A stretch of DNA of 64,000 bases. Source: Trichinella spiralis (Eukaryota). Made by a program: the position numbers and the translations under genes. The stretch spans positions 3,340,014 to 3,404,013 of the forward strand of contig NW_003526948.1 of assembly GCF_000181795.1 (NCBI RefSeq), in the 5' to 3' direction. The notes beneath the pieces are model-generated. The model was not told the DNA's origin. It saw nothing but the letters and a program-made list of their open reading frames with translations, and did no database searches. Below are positions 61,565 to 64,000 of this stretch, one piece after another; position 1 is the stretch's first letter; every line of letters starts with the position of its first letter.

Positions 61565-64000
61565 ATGCAAACCATAAATATGGTAAGTTCGAATTTTTGG
61601 ATTTCAATTTTTTAACACGTGATTTTTTCAAGGGAAATCGAACTGTAAAAGTTCGCCAAAAATTTACGAAGATCGAACAAAACGGACAATTATGCAAATT
61701 GAAAGCTATCGACCACAATAATAAGTTATTTTTGTATTTATATTTTGCATTCAAATTGTGATGGTTATTTCTGTTTTATTTTTCAGCGAATGCAACAATA
61801 ATTTGCATTGTAAAATTGGGCCAATCGAAGAGTTTCGGTCGGATATTGGAAAAAGCGATCTGAAAAAGGAAATCGGTGATGAAAATGTGACCTGGAATCG
61901 GGTTGATTGGACGCCGAAACGTCGACGAAAAAACAACTTGCTCGGCTTGGACGAGGCGTTCAGCAAGTTGAAATTGAGAGGAAATCGTCAACAGTGCGAC
62001 CAGTCGATTTCCAAGAGGAAGTGCATTTCAAATTTCCCGCCAAAATTTGTTCCAAAACAGTGCAATAATCGAAATTCAGACAACAAAGCGATTTTGTCTA
62101 CTCCGCCGCCAGAATTGGTGGTTGTCACGTTCGATTCAAATTTTCCACAAAGCAACAACAATTCAACAGAACAACAATCCATTTCGCCTGTTTTATCAGT
62201 ATGCAAATTTGTTATCATTATTATATTTCATTATTGATGGTTGAAATTATTGCAGCGAAATTTTACAAAAGAAAAATACAATGGAAAAAGAAATTCAAAT
62301 GAAAGTGAAGAATGCAAATTGAGAGTGAAAAATATCAAACAGCATAAAGTTTTTCCTTTCGAATCTTACTGCAGCAGTCTTTGGAGACGAAAACGCAGCA
62401 AAGGTTTGCCCGGTTCAGCGGAAGTTTCGTACAGTTCGTTGAAAAAGCAATGTTTTCTTTTTTTTTATCATTATTACTTTTATATTGAATTTAATTTAAT
62501 ATTTTTGAATTTCAGTGAAAAACAAATCACAACAAATCGAAGTTTCACATTCGCCTCTAATAGTGATGTTGAAAGTCCCACCAGTTTGTCGTCTTGCCAA
62601 TTTGGAAGCGATCGTGCTCTGTGGCGTGATTTGAAACAAGCAAGTTTTGACAAAAAAAAATCAAACAGTTTCATTTTTATTTAAATTTTTTTTATTCTGT
62701 AGACAATTGATTTGGGTGTGTTGCAAACGATGGGAGAAGATTCCATCTATTTGCAGGAGAAAATTTTCGAAATTGTCACAAGCGAAGCATCATATTTGAA
62801 TTCTCTGCTCATTTTGACAGTGCATTTTATGCAATCTCCAAAATTGAGCGGAAAAACCGACTCTGAAAGCGTGATCTCTGCCCAAGATCACAAAGAACTG
62901 TTCAGCTCTGTACACGCCGTACGGCACAGCAGTGAACGGTATGCTGAGAAAAGTGCTTGCTTTGCACTGACTGATTGATTGGATTAATTTTGCATTTTTA
63001 TTAAGAGAAAAACATAATAATAATAATTATAATAATAATTATTATTATTTATTATATAGTTTGTTCAAAAAATTGAAACAAAGTGTTGAAACGTCAGTTA
63101 TGTTGGACAATATTTGCGATATCTTGGCCGATCATTTGCAAAAAGATGAAAATGTGTTTGTCAATTATTGCCGCGATTTGGCATATCAGCAAAAGAAGCT
63201 CCACTACCTCAAGTGAGCACTAAATGCAATTTTGATTGATAAAATTATTCTTCTTTTATTGAATATTATGCGAAAAGTGAAATGAATTTGTATTCTATAA
63301 TTTTCTGAAAAATAGAAGACGGATTCGTGTCGATCTGTTTAGAAATGTTTAGTGAAAATACGTGACCAATCAATCAATGACGGATGAAAAATTACTTGTA
63401 CATGTGTATTCAGAGAGAACAATGCGAAATTTGTGGAAGAAATTGCACTGTTGGAAAAGTCAAAATTGGTGAAAAATCAAGATTTGGCCAGCTTTCTCTT
63501 GCAACCGTTGCAAAGAGTAACTCGATATCCGCTTTTGATCAGAGCTATTCGTTCTCAGCTGAATGCAAATGACAAACGAATCGCTTCTGTAAGTTTAATT
63601 TTTCAAAATTCGAATGGGGCGTGGGATAATAATTTATGATTATATTTTTTTTGTTTTTTAAGGTCGAGTGTGCACTGTCAACTGCCCAACGTGTCGTAAG
63701 TTTGTGCAATGAAAGTAGAAGACATTTTCAAGGTATTGAAGAACTATTTGAACTCCATTCGAAACTGATTTACAACCACCAAAGTCCAAAGCAATTTCCC
63801 GTAATTACAAGGAAAAGGCGTTTAATTATGAAAGGCAGTTTTTGTGCTAGTGAAATGAAAAAATCAAAAACTTCATCAGCAAGTAATATAATAATTTTTT
63901 ACAAAAATTAATCAATACAATTCCACATCTGCAGCATTTGGATTTCAAATTCTAAACTGCATGTGATCTTCATTTCAGGTAGAACTACTTGGTTCAATGC
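61565..64000 (+). CDS. Ephexin-family DH-PH RhoGEF, partial (runs off the window; start uncertain)
   Basis: LQEKIFEIVTSEASYLNSLLIL..HF, KELFS, LASFLLQPLQRVTRYPLLI, VSLCNE and RRLIMKG (start of PH). Confidence 0.88.

Noticed and set aside
12781..64000. Functional gene cluster (signalling regulators, or meiotic MSH5 plus CtIP-like)
   Set aside because: Mixed strands and unrelated functions; ordinary eukaryotic neighbourhood is sufficient explanation.

Overview
AT-rich, intron-rich eukaryotic DNA. Short GT-AG introns, TTTCAG acceptors and the gene content point to a nematode, probably clade I/Trichinella-like (inference, not verified). There are no prokaryotic features, CRISPR arrays, rRNA or tRNA. 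Bases 1-9.8 kb are a nested repeat block broken by two 10-N gaps: a ~5.85-5.89 kb unit present about 1.6 times, carrying a CCAAT-rich minisatellite, a decayed Ty3/gypsy protease-RT fragment and ~1.4 kb sub-repeats. A frameshifted gene encoding 15-aa tandem repeats follows. The rest is gene-dense single-copy DNA: GSKIP (with a long N-terminal extension), a pogo/Tigger-like MITE, an OFD1-like LisH/coiled-coil gene, an uninterrupted ankyrin-SOCS box ORF, glutaredoxin, ZC4H2, NAB (after ~8 kb of non-coding DNA with EGR-like sites), MSH5, a Sts/UBASH3-type histidine phosphatase, SARA/ZFYVE9, a 137-bp hairpin repeat, SEH1, an orphan ORF, a tiny CtIP/Sae2-C-terminal-like gene and the 5' part of an ephexin-type RhoGEF. 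I found no convincing new multi-gene system. The best leads are the minimal CtIP-like protein, the OFD1 homologue, the 15-aa repeat protein and the 137-bp hairpin repeat. Gene models were spliced by eye and family calls come from remembered motifs, not database searches.
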